From positions 1-46,237 of the IMG/VR virus record IMGVR_UViG_3300031372_000011: a stretch of 46,237 bases of DNA; one strand, given 5' to 3'. Shown in pieces: positions 23,731-31,681 of this stretch. The notes beneath the pieces were generated by a model. It made no database searches. It worked only from the letters and a program-made list of their open reading frames with translations, and was not told the DNA's origin. Both the position numbers and the translations under genes were made by a program. The first letter of the stretch is position 1; each line of letters opens with the position of its first letter. Source of the DNA: a virus.

Positions 23731-25392
23731 TCAAATGAAATGGACTTGGAAATCTCTCAGCTTGGCGGCCGGGTTTAGCGCCATCAGGGAAACGGCATTA
23801 AACAGGGCCATCAATGGGTCAATCTTCCCGGCACCGCTGACCTGCTTTGTAATGAGGATGGCGTTGCCGCGTGGCTCAACCTTGGCGTTACCTACACACC
23901 AAACCATCAAAGGCTGGCCACCATGGATCAGCCCGCCCTCAGCAAGCTTTCTTTCTGTAGTCTTGATCGCGCCGCCAAGGCGCCAACCCTGGCTGATGCC
24001 TACCACTTTTTCCTGATCGATTTCGGCAGCGACCAACTCATCCAAAATTGCGCCAATACCCGATGGGTCCACGCCGATCTTGTCGAGTAAATCCGCCGCC
24101 TCGATCATGGAAACCCGCTCGGCCACCTCCTGGGTATCCTGGCCAAGAAACTCAACCAGGGTAAGATCACCGGCAGCAACGAAGTCCATCAGCTTTGACG
24201 CCTCACTTTTACGCCGATCAAGCACCGACTGGTGCGCCCAGGCATGCGTCCAGGCCAGCCACTCACGCGTGGTTTTATCCCGGCCAACGACCGCCATACC
24301 CAGTAAGTCATCCAGCCCACCGCCATCGATGCCGACCGTGACCACCTCAGCCCGATCCAGAATTTCTTCGAAACTGACGTTTTTACGTGCCTGGGCTTCC
24401 CAGAACTCGGCGCCTGCCCAGCGGTCGCTGCGCAAGTTGAGACCCATCTCGACATTGAGATGTTTCGCCAAGAACTGCTGCAGCGTGCCGCCGGTTTTGT
24501 TCTGGTTTTTCTTCAGCTCGTCAACCAGCCACTCGGCGCTGACAGAACGTCCAATGTTGGGGTTGGTGATGTAGAAGTTTTCAGGCTGCAAGTAGCCCTT
24601 GGATTCAATGATGTGATCGGGGAACTCATACAGGATGCCCAGCGTCTTAAGATCTGGGATCTTGCCATCACGAACATCACGCCAGTAACCCAATTTATCC
24701 TTGAACACGCCCGCCGGCGGATCATCGCTTTGGGTTGTGAGGTAAATTACCCAACCCTCATCACGCGACACCTGACCACCCAGCGCCTCCATGAACATGG
24801 CCTCGGCGTTGGCACGCTTACCGAAAAGCCAAAGTTCGTCCACCAGCACACGCCCAGCTTTCTTACCGGAGACCGTATCGGTATCGGCCGCTACGACTTT
24901 CAAAGTGTTGCGAGTAACGCGATGGGTAATCGTTCTGATGTGGTCCTGAATCTGGAACATATCAGACAACTCATCATCTGCCCGGATCATGCCAGCGGCA
25001 GGCTTGAAGCTGTTATCGGCAACCTCTTTTGTTGGCGCCAGAATCAGGTGTTCTTCATCCTCCCGCCAGCAAAGTATGAGCGCCGTCAGCATGATGCCCG
25101 CGGCAATTGTCGATTTGGTATTCTTCTTGGAGATAAGCAGCCCGTATTCACGGATCAGCTGCTTGCCGGTTTCGGCTTCGTACCCGCCAAAAATAGCACT
25201 GACGAAATCAAACACCCATTGCTCGGAGCACTCGCCAAACGTTGGCTTGCCGGGCAGGTCTGACACACGCAGCTCTTTGAATATGGATAGTGCCTGGTCT
25301 GCCTGGTCTTTGAAGATCGGTGGCGGAATGATCGAGGCTTTCTCCACCAACCTCTTTGCCCAGTCAGTGCAGGCCGTTGACCACTCAGCCAT
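23731..25392 (-). CDS. terL: Terminase large subunit
   Basis: The 553-aa ORF has a Walker A-like region (LISKKNTKST), VLVDELW (Walker B-like) and a C-terminal nuclease-type region. It lies next to TerS. Confidence 0.88.
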   Translation of the reverse strand: MAEWSTACTDWAKRLVEKASIIPPPIFKDQADQALSIFKELRVSDLPGKPTFGECSEQWVFDFVSAIFGGYEAETGKQLIREYGLLISKKNTKSTIAAGIMLTALILCWREDEEHLILAPTKEVADNSFKPAAGMIRADDELSDMFQIQDHIRTITHRVTRNTLKVVAADTDTVSGKKAGRVLVDELWLFGKRANAEAMFMEALGGQVSRDEGWVIYLTTQSDDPPAGVFKDKLGYWRDVRDGKIPDLKTLGILYEFPDHIIESKGYLQPENFYITNPNIGRSVSAEWLVDELKKNQNKTGGTLQQFLAKHLNVEMGLNLRSDRWAGAEFWEAQARKNVSFEEILDRAEVVTVGIDGGGLDDLLGMAVVGRDKTTREWLAWTHAWAHQSVLDRRKSEASKLMDFVAAGDLTLVEFLGQDTQEVAERVSMIEAADLLDKIGVDPSGIGAILDELVAAEIDQEKVVGISQGWRLGGAIKTTERKLAEGGLIHGGQPLMVWCVGNAKVEPRGNAILITKQVSGAGKIDPLMALFNAVSLMALNPAAKLRDFQVHFI

Positions 25393-25395
25393 GGA

Positions 25396-25854
25396 TTACC
25401 CCTTGTTGTTGACCACCAGCTTTGGCGGCGCCATCGCGCCAAACTTTCCACGCCCGGCAGCAACTTGTGCAGCAGCGTTTCGAGCGTCTTTCTTTCCGCC
25501 CTCGCCTTTCTTGGGATGGATATAAGGAAGCATCGCCTTGGCGGCATCCTTTCGGGTATCGATATCTTTGCCCGTGTCGTTCATAACCGATCGGAGAAAA
25601 TCCAGCGGGTCTTCATACTGAGCAGGTGCTTTGCTCTCTTTTACTTGCTCGCTCTTTGGCTGCGGCTGATCAGCGGTTACCGTAACTTCACCTCGTTTTG
25701 AATTGATAAACGCGATGACATCCGGGTCTTTATTCAGCTGCGAGCCTTTGGAACGCGCCGATTTCTCAGAGTACCCCGCCTTGATGGCAGCGGCGGCCTG
25801 AGTGGAGCCGGACATCAGCGCGATGGCAAATTTGCGCTTCTGCCCTGTTAACAT
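25396..25854 (-). CDS. terS: Terminase small subunit (P27/Terminase_2-like)
   Basis: The N-terminus reads MLTGQKRKFAIALMSGSTQAAAAIKAGYSEKSA (HTH). The ATG at 25854 is preceded by GGAGG. The track start at 25869 is a TTG. Confidence 0.75.
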   Translation of the reverse strand: MLTGQKRKFAIALMSGSTQAAAAIKAGYSEKSARSKGSQLNKDPDVIAFINSKRGEVTVTADQPQPKSEQVKESKAPAQYEDPLDFLRSVMNDTGKDIDTRKDAAKAMLPYIHPKKGEGGKKDARNAAAQVAAGRGKFGAMAPPKLVVNNKG

Positions 25855-25951
25855 GTTTATACCCTCCAAAGGGGATTTTTTCTGCGCGTGAGAGGGGGCG
25901 AGGTTTCGCGGTTATTTTGCCCGAAAAATTGTTTATCCCCCCCCGGCATCA

Positions 25952-25970
25952 AATGATAATAATTATCATT
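25952..25970. promoter_or_regulatory. Perfect 19-bp palindrome AATGATAAT-A-ATTATCATT containing an exact 7-1-7 Fur-box motif (TGATAATnATTATCA)
   Basis: Read directly from the sequence. It lies in the AT-rich HNH-terS intergenic region. Confidence 0.5.
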
Positions 25971-25982
25971 GCAAATGATATT

Positions 25983-26082
25983 ATTTCACTTTGAAATCGA
26001 AAATGATAATCAATATCATTCGAATTGAAATGATTTCACAATGAAACCACTTGTTGGGAATGGATATCATTTCACATTGAAC
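25983..26082. repeat. Three direct repeats ATTTCAC(W)(W)TGAA in the packaging-region intergenic (candidate cos/terminase-binding elements)
   Basis: The copies are ATTTCACTTTGAAA (25983-25996), ATTTCACAATGAAA (26033-26046) and ATTTCACATTGAAC (26069-26082). Confidence 0.45.
26002..26020. promoter_or_regulatory. Second near-palindrome AATGATAAT-C-AATATCATT (Fur-box-like, one mismatch)
   Basis: Read directly from the sequence, 50 bp from the first palindrome. Confidence 0.45.
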
Positions 26083-26393
26083 TATTGCGAATGATTCATA
26101 TCCTGCTTGGTCTTCTTCCCATGGCATCCATCAGGCCCATTGCAAAGGATCTGGCAGTTGGCATCGCTGTCTTCACCACCCATATAGAGGGGCACGATGT
26201 GGTCCAGGTCGAAGCCATGAGGGTATTCAGTCACACGACCACACTGGGTGCAGCATGGGTCCCGCTTCCATATCCGCATGCGCCGCTGCTGCAGGGCATA
26301 GCCAGTAATGCGGGTATCAGCAACTACCATGGGCTGGATGCGCCGTGTGTCCTGCACCTTGACCCTGGGCTGCAATGTCTTTAGTCGTGCCAT
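26082..26393 (-). CDS. HNH endonuclease (HK97 gp74-like, packaging-associated)
   Basis: The motifs CTQCG...DLDHIVPLYMGGEDSDANCQILCNGPDGCHGKKT are present, and the gene lies directly upstream of the terS region. Confidence 0.85.
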   Translation of the reverse strand: MARLKTLQPRVKVQDTRRIQPMVVADTRITGYALQQRRMRIWKRDPCCTQCGRVTEYPHGFDLDHIVPLYMGGEDSDANCQILCNGPDGCHGKKTKQDMNHSQ

Positions 26394-26395
26394 GG

Positions 26396-26590
26396 TTATT
26401 CCAATGTGATCGTTATCGGGTCTTCGACCTGCTCAGCTCTCAACGTGAACTGCACATTGATGATCGGCAATTCATTGGCGCTGCTGATGATGTTTGTGTT
26501 GATCTGTTGTTCAACCAATACACCATCAACTGCAACGCCATACCCAAAGAAGGTATCGCATCGGTATATCTTCGCTAACTGAAGCTTCAT
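26396..26590 (-). CDS. Hypothetical protein (64 aa)
   Basis: The ORF has an ATGA overlap with the upstream methyltransferase gene. Confidence 0.45.
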   Translation of the reverse strand: MKLQLAKIYRCDTFFGYGVAVDGVLVEQQINTNIISSANELPIINVQFTLRAEQVEDPITITLE

Positions 26591-27222
26591 AGTTCTGCTC
26601 GCTTGAATGCGTAACTGCCGATGCCATCACGGCCCAGCATGCTTTCACAGGTGTTGTGCTCAACGCAGATGAACCCCTGTTCAGCGAACCAACGGATCAG
26701 GCCATCGTGCGTCCAGTACCATATGTGCTCGTCCTTGCGGTAATGCCGCGAGGATAGAATGTGCTCAGCACCATTGAAGATGGGGATGGAGACGAACACC
26801 CACTCGGATGCCTTAGCCACCGCATCTTCTGGCTTATCGATGTGTTCCAACGCATCCCAGAACGTAAGCGCCGGAAAGCGGTCTTCCGGCAGCCAGGCAT
26901 CGTAAAGGTTGGCCCACTTGCCCAACTTCTTCAGCCACTCAACACCAGCAGGATTGACGTCATAACCCCAGGTATCAGGACGGGCACTGACGAACTGACC
27001 GGCACCAATACCCACATCAAGAACAGTACCCTGATAATGGCGCGCTACCAGCTGCAGGCGAGCCATTGTGAGTTGGTGGCCTAGCGGGGTGTCTGCCAGC
27101 TTCTGATAACGATCGAAGTAACCATGGTCATATGGCCGGGCCTCGGGCACCGGGTAGCGACCCATGCCCAACTCAGGCAGCCACACCAGGCCATTGCTTA
27201 ATTCATTCAAGAACGATTTCAT
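26587..27222 (-). CDS. Class I SAM-dependent methyltransferase (small-molecule/sugar O-MTase-like, not a DNA MTase type)
   Basis: Motif I is VLDVGIGAGQF. The later segments GYDVNP and FWDALEHIDKPEDAV are typical of the Methyltransf_11/23 type. Confidence 0.7.
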   Translation of the reverse strand: MKSFLNELSNGLVWLPELGMGRYPVPEARPYDHGYFDRYQKLADTPLGHQLTMARLQLVARHYQGTVLDVGIGAGQFVSARPDTWGYDVNPAGVEWLKKLGKWANLYDAWLPEDRFPALTFWDALEHIDKPEDAVAKASEWVFVSIPIFNGAEHILSSRHYRKDEHIWYWTHDGLIRWFAEQGFICVEHNTCESMLGRDGIGSYAFKRAEL

Positions 27223-28072
27223 TCAACCACCCGGTGAATTTGCTTTCGAAGTTACTGATGCGTTTATCGCATCGGTGATCAGCGCGAGTGCACTGACAGT
27301 AATTATCTGGGATCGCCCAGCGCGTTTTGCTCAAATCCATTTCCTGATCGGTCACTATGCGGGGTGCGTTATGGCCACCGCGGCCACCGGCTACAACAAA
27401 CAGCGGTGTCTTGTAGGCGATCGCCATCGGTATTGAAAAGCCAACAGGGCTTACCACTGCTGCTGCGTGCTCATACAGGGTGCACAGTTGGGTAACACTC
27501 AGCTCACCGCTATGCAGTTTCAGGTCCGCTTCGGGGCTTGGCCCTACGATCCATTCCTGACCAACCTCGATATCAGCCACACTAACCACAAAGAAGCCCT
27601 GCTGGCGTAACAGCTTGGCCGCGGTACATAGGTAGGCTGGTTCGGGGTTACGTGAGGCGCTGGCCCATTCTGTTCTGATCGTTCCTGGCCTGATGACAAC
27701 AACACGGCGGTTAGCCGGAATCATCGGGTGGTGATCGTTAAAGCTCGGCAGGTCAAACCGCAAGGGTTGGCCCACAATGAACTGCTTTCTGAATGCCTGG
27801 ATGATGCCGCCGCTGGCCAGTTCCTGTGGGCCGTATGCAATCCGCCGCCTTAACGCCAACGGCGGTGGAGTATGGAAACGGTAATCCGTCCGTCGCTCGT
27901 TCTTACCCTGGGTACGCAGTCCTGTTCCCGATCGGACACAGCGAACATTCAACCCCTGATAAAGTTCTGGCCACGGTGTCCGGATGTAGGCGCCAGGAAA
28001 GTACCGCAGGAACGGGCGCTGATAGATGTTGTCACCAAGGCCAAACATCCCTTCAAAAAATAAAATTGTCAC
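27203..28072 (-). CDS. GT-B glycosyltransferase, family 9 (heptosyltransferase)-like
   Basis: The N-terminus reads ILFFEGMFGLGDNIYQRPFL. The C-terminus reads GELSVTQLCTLYEHAAAVVSPVGFSIPMAIAYKTPLFVVAGG, paralleling the GT9 consensus (..LGD.. / ..GNDSGPMHLAAALGTP.V.LFG). The GTG at 28072 is preceded by AGGAGG and overlaps the upstream stop (GTGA). Confidence 0.55.
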   Translation of the reverse strand: MTILFFEGMFGLGDNIYQRPFLRYFPGAYIRTPWPELYQGLNVRCVRSGTGLRTQGKNERRTDYRFHTPPPLALRRRIAYGPQELASGGIIQAFRKQFIVGQPLRFDLPSFNDHHPMIPANRRVVVIRPGTIRTEWASASRNPEPAYLCTAAKLLRQQGFFVVSVADIEVGQEWIVGPSPEADLKLHSGELSVTQLCTLYEHAAAVVSPVGFSIPMAIAYKTPLFVVAGGRGGHNAPRIVTDQEMDLSKTRWAIPDNYCQCTRADHRCDKRISNFESKFTGWLNEIVLE

Positions 28073-28602
28073 AGTACCTCCTGAAGGCTGGCGCTCCGGA
28101 AGCACCCCAGTTCGGTATGGCGGGAACAGTTGATAATGTCGGCATCATGCAAAGCCAGGCGCGTTTTAAAGAACTCACGTTTCCACCCTGCAATGCTGGT
28201 GGCTGTGGGGTTACGCATACCTTCGTGCGGGCCATGCCAGTGGATACCGGCCTGCAGTGAACAGTCATAGCCCAGCAGGATGATCCGCCGGGCGCCGAGG
28301 GTGTAAGCAAGCTCTATAGCTCTTTGCCCTGAGTTGTGAGGTGCTGGCGTGATGCCGCGGAAGTATTCAAGCGAGTGCCGCCGCGCCACCGCCGGGATGA
28401 AACAGAACTTGCGCATGCCAGCAGGGATTTCCCCAGCATTACGATCCCACCAATCACCGTCACCGGCGCAAATGGCCATACTGAATGGAACTGCGCGCCA
28501 GGTGCTATTGACGGCTATCGATTCAATACCAGATAACCGGAGGGCCAGGCAGTCCTCGCTGTTCAGTGATGGCCCGCTTGCAACGCAGGCCATTACTTTC
28601 AT
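28069..28602 (-). CDS. MptE/DUF115-like Rossmann protein (Maf-type putative sugar transferase family)
   Basis: The motifs VASGPSL, AVNSTW, GDGDWW and NSGQRAIELAYTLGARRIILLGYDC match the DUF115 layout as I remember it. This is not verified. Confidence 0.45.
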   Translation of the reverse strand: MKVMACVASGPSLNSEDCLALRLSGIESIAVNSTWRAVPFSMAICAGDGDWWDRNAGEIPAGMRKFCFIPAVARRHSLEYFRGITPAPHNSGQRAIELAYTLGARRIILLGYDCSLQAGIHWHGPHEGMRNPTATSIAGWKREFFKTRLALHDADIINCSRHTELGCFRSASLQEVL

Positions 28603-28835
28603 GCCGTTATGCCAACGGTCTGCTTATCATGCAGAGCCGAATTGGTATAGGTCGCCACGGTGCGGTTATTACTGTTGACCAGGTAAGCGGTATCGCCGGG
28701 CTGGAGGTCTACCACATTGCTTTCGTTATCAGCAGTGACAACGTGCAGTTGGCGGCCCTCTCTTTTGTACTCCCAACGCTTAACCGCATCCCCTATCTCA
28801 TTCTGCCCTTGGGTTACTATTTTCAATGTGTACAT
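28599..28835 (-). CDS. Hypothetical protein (78 aa)
   Basis: The ORF has an ATGA overlap with the downstream DUF115-like gene. Confidence 0.45.
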   Translation of the reverse strand: MYTLKIVTQGQNEIGDAVKRWEYKREGRQLHVVTADNESNVVDLQPGDTAYLVNSNNRTVATYTNSALHDKQTVGITA

Positions 28836-28909
28836 AGTGGTATCTCGTATTGGTGGTATGAAAAAGCCACCAGCCCGGTAACCAGGTTGATGGCTGAATT
28901 TGAGGCATT

Positions 28910-28930
28910 AAAAAACCCGCCGTAGCGGGT
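28910..28930 (-). terminator. Intrinsic terminator
   Basis: On the minus strand, ACCCGC-TACG-GCGGGT is followed by TTTTTT. Confidence 0.55.
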
Positions 28931-28951
28931 TATCTTGGTGATGATCGACTT

Positions 28952-29206
28952 TTACTTCTTGCCGTTGGCTTCTGCCATTTGCTGGTACACCGGCGCGCTT
29001 CCACCTGGTAGTTGCTTACTCACGTCACGATAGTGAGCCAACCGCTCAAGAAAGTATTCACGAAGATGCAGAGGTTGCTGTGAAGCCACCTCTGCTGGTA
29101 CCACCGGCATGTTCATCCGTTCCTTGTAAGCAACGCCACTGGCAGCAAGATCAACGTTGACCTTATCCATTTCTTCTTTTGGTAAATCGGCGAGATTATA
29201 AGACAT
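28952..29206 (-). CDS. Hypothetical protein (84 aa)
   Basis: The ATG at 29206 lies downstream of AGGAGG. The track start at 29215 is a TTG. Confidence 0.45.
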   Translation of the reverse strand: MSYNLADLPKEEMDKVNVDLAASGVAYKERMNMPVVPAEVASQQPLHLREYFLERLAHYRDVSKQLPGGSAPVYQQMAEANGKK

Positions 29207-29244
29207 ATCTGGCAATCCTCCTGGTTTAGGGGATTATAGCCTGA

Positions 29245-29448
29245 TTATTTCTTCGAGTGTTCGCCGCGGCGTATAGCTGCCTCCAGTATCCGCATACTAC
29301 GGATCATGCGATTACACATTTCAATGTTTGCAGTTCTACCAATGCGAGTGAGGAAGTTCCTGTCCATATCCTTAACAGCGCTGCTAAGAATATCGATAAC
29401 CATTTTGACTCCATCCGCTTTTAGGCTGTTTTCTTTCTGGGCATCCAT
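29245..29448 (-). CDS. Hypothetical protein (67 aa)
   Basis: The ATG at 29448 is preceded by GAAGGGG. Confidence 0.45.
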   Translation of the reverse strand: MDAQKENSLKADGVKMVIDILSSAVKDMDRNFLTRIGRTANIEMCNRMIRSMRILEAAIRRGEHSKK

Positions 29449-29624
29449 GATCACGCCCCTTCTACATTTGTTGGATTTAGCATTGCGTTCTCTATAGAAA
29501 AGGAGCCTGTCGCATAGAAAAGCCGCCCGAGAGAGGTCGCCACCTTAACGGCTGTTCTCAGGCTCACTTTCTATAGGCTCTCGGTTGATATGCGCTTGCG
29601 ATAGCGCGGTGATGTTAAAGAAGC

Positions 29625-29647
29625 GGTGGCACCCAGCGAATGCCACC
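29625..29647 (-). terminator. Hairpin (7-bp stem GGTGGCA/TGCCACC) after the 29656-29844 gene
   Basis: Read directly from the sequence. The following U-tract is weak (GCTTCTTT). Confidence 0.4.
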
Positions 29648-29655
29648 TGTAATGC

Positions 29656-29844
29656 TTACTCCCACTCTTCGTTCATTGAAATCGACACAAAGCAAGATGA
29701 CAGTTTTTGCTTTTGATCTTGCGAAAACGCATCCCAAATTGACCTAACCTCTTCACTTACATAGTTGTGCCAGTGATGAGGAGTCTTGTTATCGGTTTCC
29801 CATTCAGGGAACTCCCAATCTTCTGGTATGTAAAAAAATAACAT
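29656..29844 (-). CDS. Hypothetical acidic Trp-rich protein (62 aa)
   Basis: An ORF with an ATG start and no recognisable motif. Confidence 0.4.
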   Translation of the reverse strand: MLFFYIPEDWEFPEWETDNKTPHHWHNYVSEEVRSIWDAFSQDQKQKLSSCFVSISMNEEWE

Positions 29845-29917
29845 TCACTACCCCCATTGACATCAGGACTGAGATGTGGGTTTCCAGTATCGTGAAACTG
29901 GTGATCACCAAGTCTCG

Positions 29918-30223
29918 CTACATGCCCGGATCGCCAATGTGGATGTCATGGCAAGGATGATTCGAATCCCACGGGTCATCGTGCGGTATTGGGTTTTTTG
30001 TGTTATATCGCATCGCTGGCGGCGCCGGGGTAGGCTCAGGCTTTTTGAAATCTACCGGCGGTGGCGGATTACGGCCAGCCTTCTCTAGCTGAGAAATGAA
30101 ATATTGCTTGTTTAAAGCCCTCTTCAATTTTTCCTGGTCAAAAACAACCTTCGGTCTACCACTTCGCCAAACAGCAATGACGCTGATGGCCAACGCCAGT
30201 AATGAACATGCGATTGCGAACAT
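29918..30223 (-). CDS. Hypothetical membrane-anchored proline-rich protein (101 aa)
   Basis: The RBS is strong (GAAGGAG). An N-terminal TM segment (FAIACSLLALAISVIAVW) is followed by a PPPP/PEPTPAPP segment. Confidence 0.55.
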   Translation of the reverse strand: MFAIACSLLALAISVIAVWRSGRPKVVFDQEKLKRALNKQYFISQLEKAGRNPPPPVDFKKPEPTPAPPAMRYNTKNPIPHDDPWDSNHPCHDIHIGDPGM

Positions 30224-30324
30224 ACCTATGCTCCTTCAAACCAGGCGTTGAGAGTTCCCACCTGCAATGTGAATGTGTTTAGCAATCAGCATCAGGCTGA
30301 GCGCCGTCAGCAATGCACAAGGAA

Positions 30325-30516
30325 TTAAGAACATGCCTCCGCCTCCTCCGCTCTGATGTAGTAATTGCTGGTTATTTTCCACTCCTCGAAGGCTGCCTTT
30401 GGAGTGCTACCATTTCCGGTTATGAAGCACAGTTCACCAGGCGTGCGCTCTACAGACACGCAGGTATACGTGCCGTTGAGCACATCAAATTTTATGACCG
30501 GCTTCTTTAGCTTCAT
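30325..30516 (-). CDS. Hypothetical protein (63 aa)
   Basis: An ORF with an ATG start directly downstream of the spanin genes. Confidence 0.4.
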   Translation of the reverse strand: MKLKKPVIKFDVLNGTYTCVSVERTPGELCFITGNGSTPKAAFEEWKITSNYYIRAEEAEACS

Positions 30517-30811
30517 TTCTGCCTTTTTCCCGTTGCCACTTTATTAATCCATCGATACGCGATGCGCACACGTCCAACTCGCTCTGTGCCACCTGTAGCG
30601 ATATCACCGCATCGCCGAACGTGTTGCCGGTGAACGGGGTCTGTTTGCATTGTTGGAGCAGTACAGCGGGCGGGTACACGTAGATCAGCTTAGGGGGCGC
30701 TGGCGGGGGCCGTATCCTCTCGGCGCAGGATACGCTTAACATCATCAGGCAAAGGCTGATTGCCAGCGTCACTATACTCCAGCGCCTTGCGTAATTTTCC
30801 GTTTTCAGCAT
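30485..30811 (-). CDS. o-spanin (Rz1-like outer-membrane lipoprotein), overlapped architecture
   Basis: A signal with lipobox (LCLMMLSVSC) is followed by a proline-rich segment (IRPPPAPPKLIYVYPP). The reading frame overlaps the 3' part of the i-spanin gene. Confidence 0.6.
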   Translation of the reverse strand: MLKTENYARRWSIVTLAISLCLMMLSVSCAERIRPPPAPPKLIYVYPPAVLLQQCKQTPFTGNTFGDAVISLQVAQSELDVCASRIDGLIKWQREKGRNEAKEAGHKI

Positions 30812-31061
30812 CGGCCTTGGCCCTCTTCTGCTGTTCAATCTTGAGCTGCTCCTCGGTCGCTCGCCGGTCAGCGTCGATTGACCCTTTTAGCCCGGTGATC
30901 GTTTCATCACGATCTGACACCGCCTTGTTGAGGTCTTTGTTAGCCTTGCTAAGCTTCTGGTTTTCCTCATTGGCATTATCGAGCCTGTGGTTGAGTACGG
31001 CGCTAACCCCTCCCAGGCTGATAGCCAGAAAAAGTAATCCAACCAGGCCATACTTCATCAT
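30690..31061 (-). CDS. i-spanin (Rz-like)
   Basis: An N-terminal TM segment (LVGLLFLAISLGGVSAV) is followed by a coiled coil. The ORF has an ATGA overlap with the endolysin. Confidence 0.7.
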   Translation of the reverse strand: MMKYGLVGLLFLAISLGGVSAVLNHRLDNANEENQKLSKANKDLNKAVSDRDETITGLKGSIDADRRATEEQLKIEQQKRAKADAENGKLRKALEYSDAGNQPLPDDVKRILRREDTAPASAP

Positions 31062-31681
31062 GACAACACCTTGCGTGCGCGCTGATAACGAGCGGTGCGG
31101 TCATCGAGGCCATTCAGGCCGCCGTTGATGATCTTCGTGACCTTCTCTACGTCGGCACCGTACTTGCCACATTTGTTTGCCGCCCAGAACCAGCCGGCGG
31201 AGCGCATTGCGTAGGAGTCCTGCTCCAGCAACTCGGGCACCAGTACCAGGTCAACCTTCAGCACTGCGCTGCAGGCGCGGTAATTATCCAGACCGGTGAT
31301 CTGCATTGGCCCACGCCCTCGGTATTTCCAGCCGTCACCGGCCGCTTTATTGCCCATGCGGTTGGAATAGACCAGGTTAGCGATCGCTGCCTGCCGGTTG
31401 GCGGGCACCACCTTTTCCCCTGGCTGGCGGCCCAGCATAGAACACTGCTCGGCAGATAGGCGGTGGCCGAACGTCGCCTTTAAACCCGCCACACCGTAGT
31501 TGAACGACTCAACCGAAGCGGTAAAGCCACCGGATTCGTGCCCAACCTGCGCAATGAACATCGCCTGCTCGATCACTGATGTGATGCCGAACTCTTTAAA
31601 AGTGGCGTCGATATGCGGAAACCAGCGCGCAGCCAGTTCGGCGCTGATGCCAGCCGCCTGCTGAAATTGTTCTTGGGTCAT
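31058..31681 (-). CDS. Endolysin, glycoside hydrolase family 19 (chitinase-like)
   Basis: The motifs FIAQVGHESGGF, YRGRGPMQITG and INGGLNGLDDR are present. The ATG at 31681 overlaps the holin-like stop (ATGA). Confidence 0.85.
   Translation of the reverse strand: MTQEQFQQAAGISAELAARWFPHIDATFKEFGITSVIEQAMFIAQVGHESGGFTASVESFNYGVAGLKATFGHRLSAEQCSMLGRQPGEKVVPANRQAAIANLVYSNRMGNKAAGDGWKYRGRGPMQITGLDNYRACSAVLKVDLVLVPELLEQDSYAMRSAGWFWAANKCGKYGADVEKVTKIINGGLNGLDDRTARYQRARKVLS

Noticed and set aside
24460-25263. 267-aa plus-strand ORF, with others at 24080-24574 and 24989-25525
   Set aside because: They are antisense to the terminase large subunit gene and have no recognisable motif or RBS. They are shadow ORFs.
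25894-25911. Lambda-type cosN (GGGGGCGAGGTTTCGCGG versus GGGCGGCGACCTCGCGG)
   Set aside because: Only two short blocks match, and the orientation relative to terS is opposite to lambda. I mention it within the cos-region finding but do not call it as a feature.
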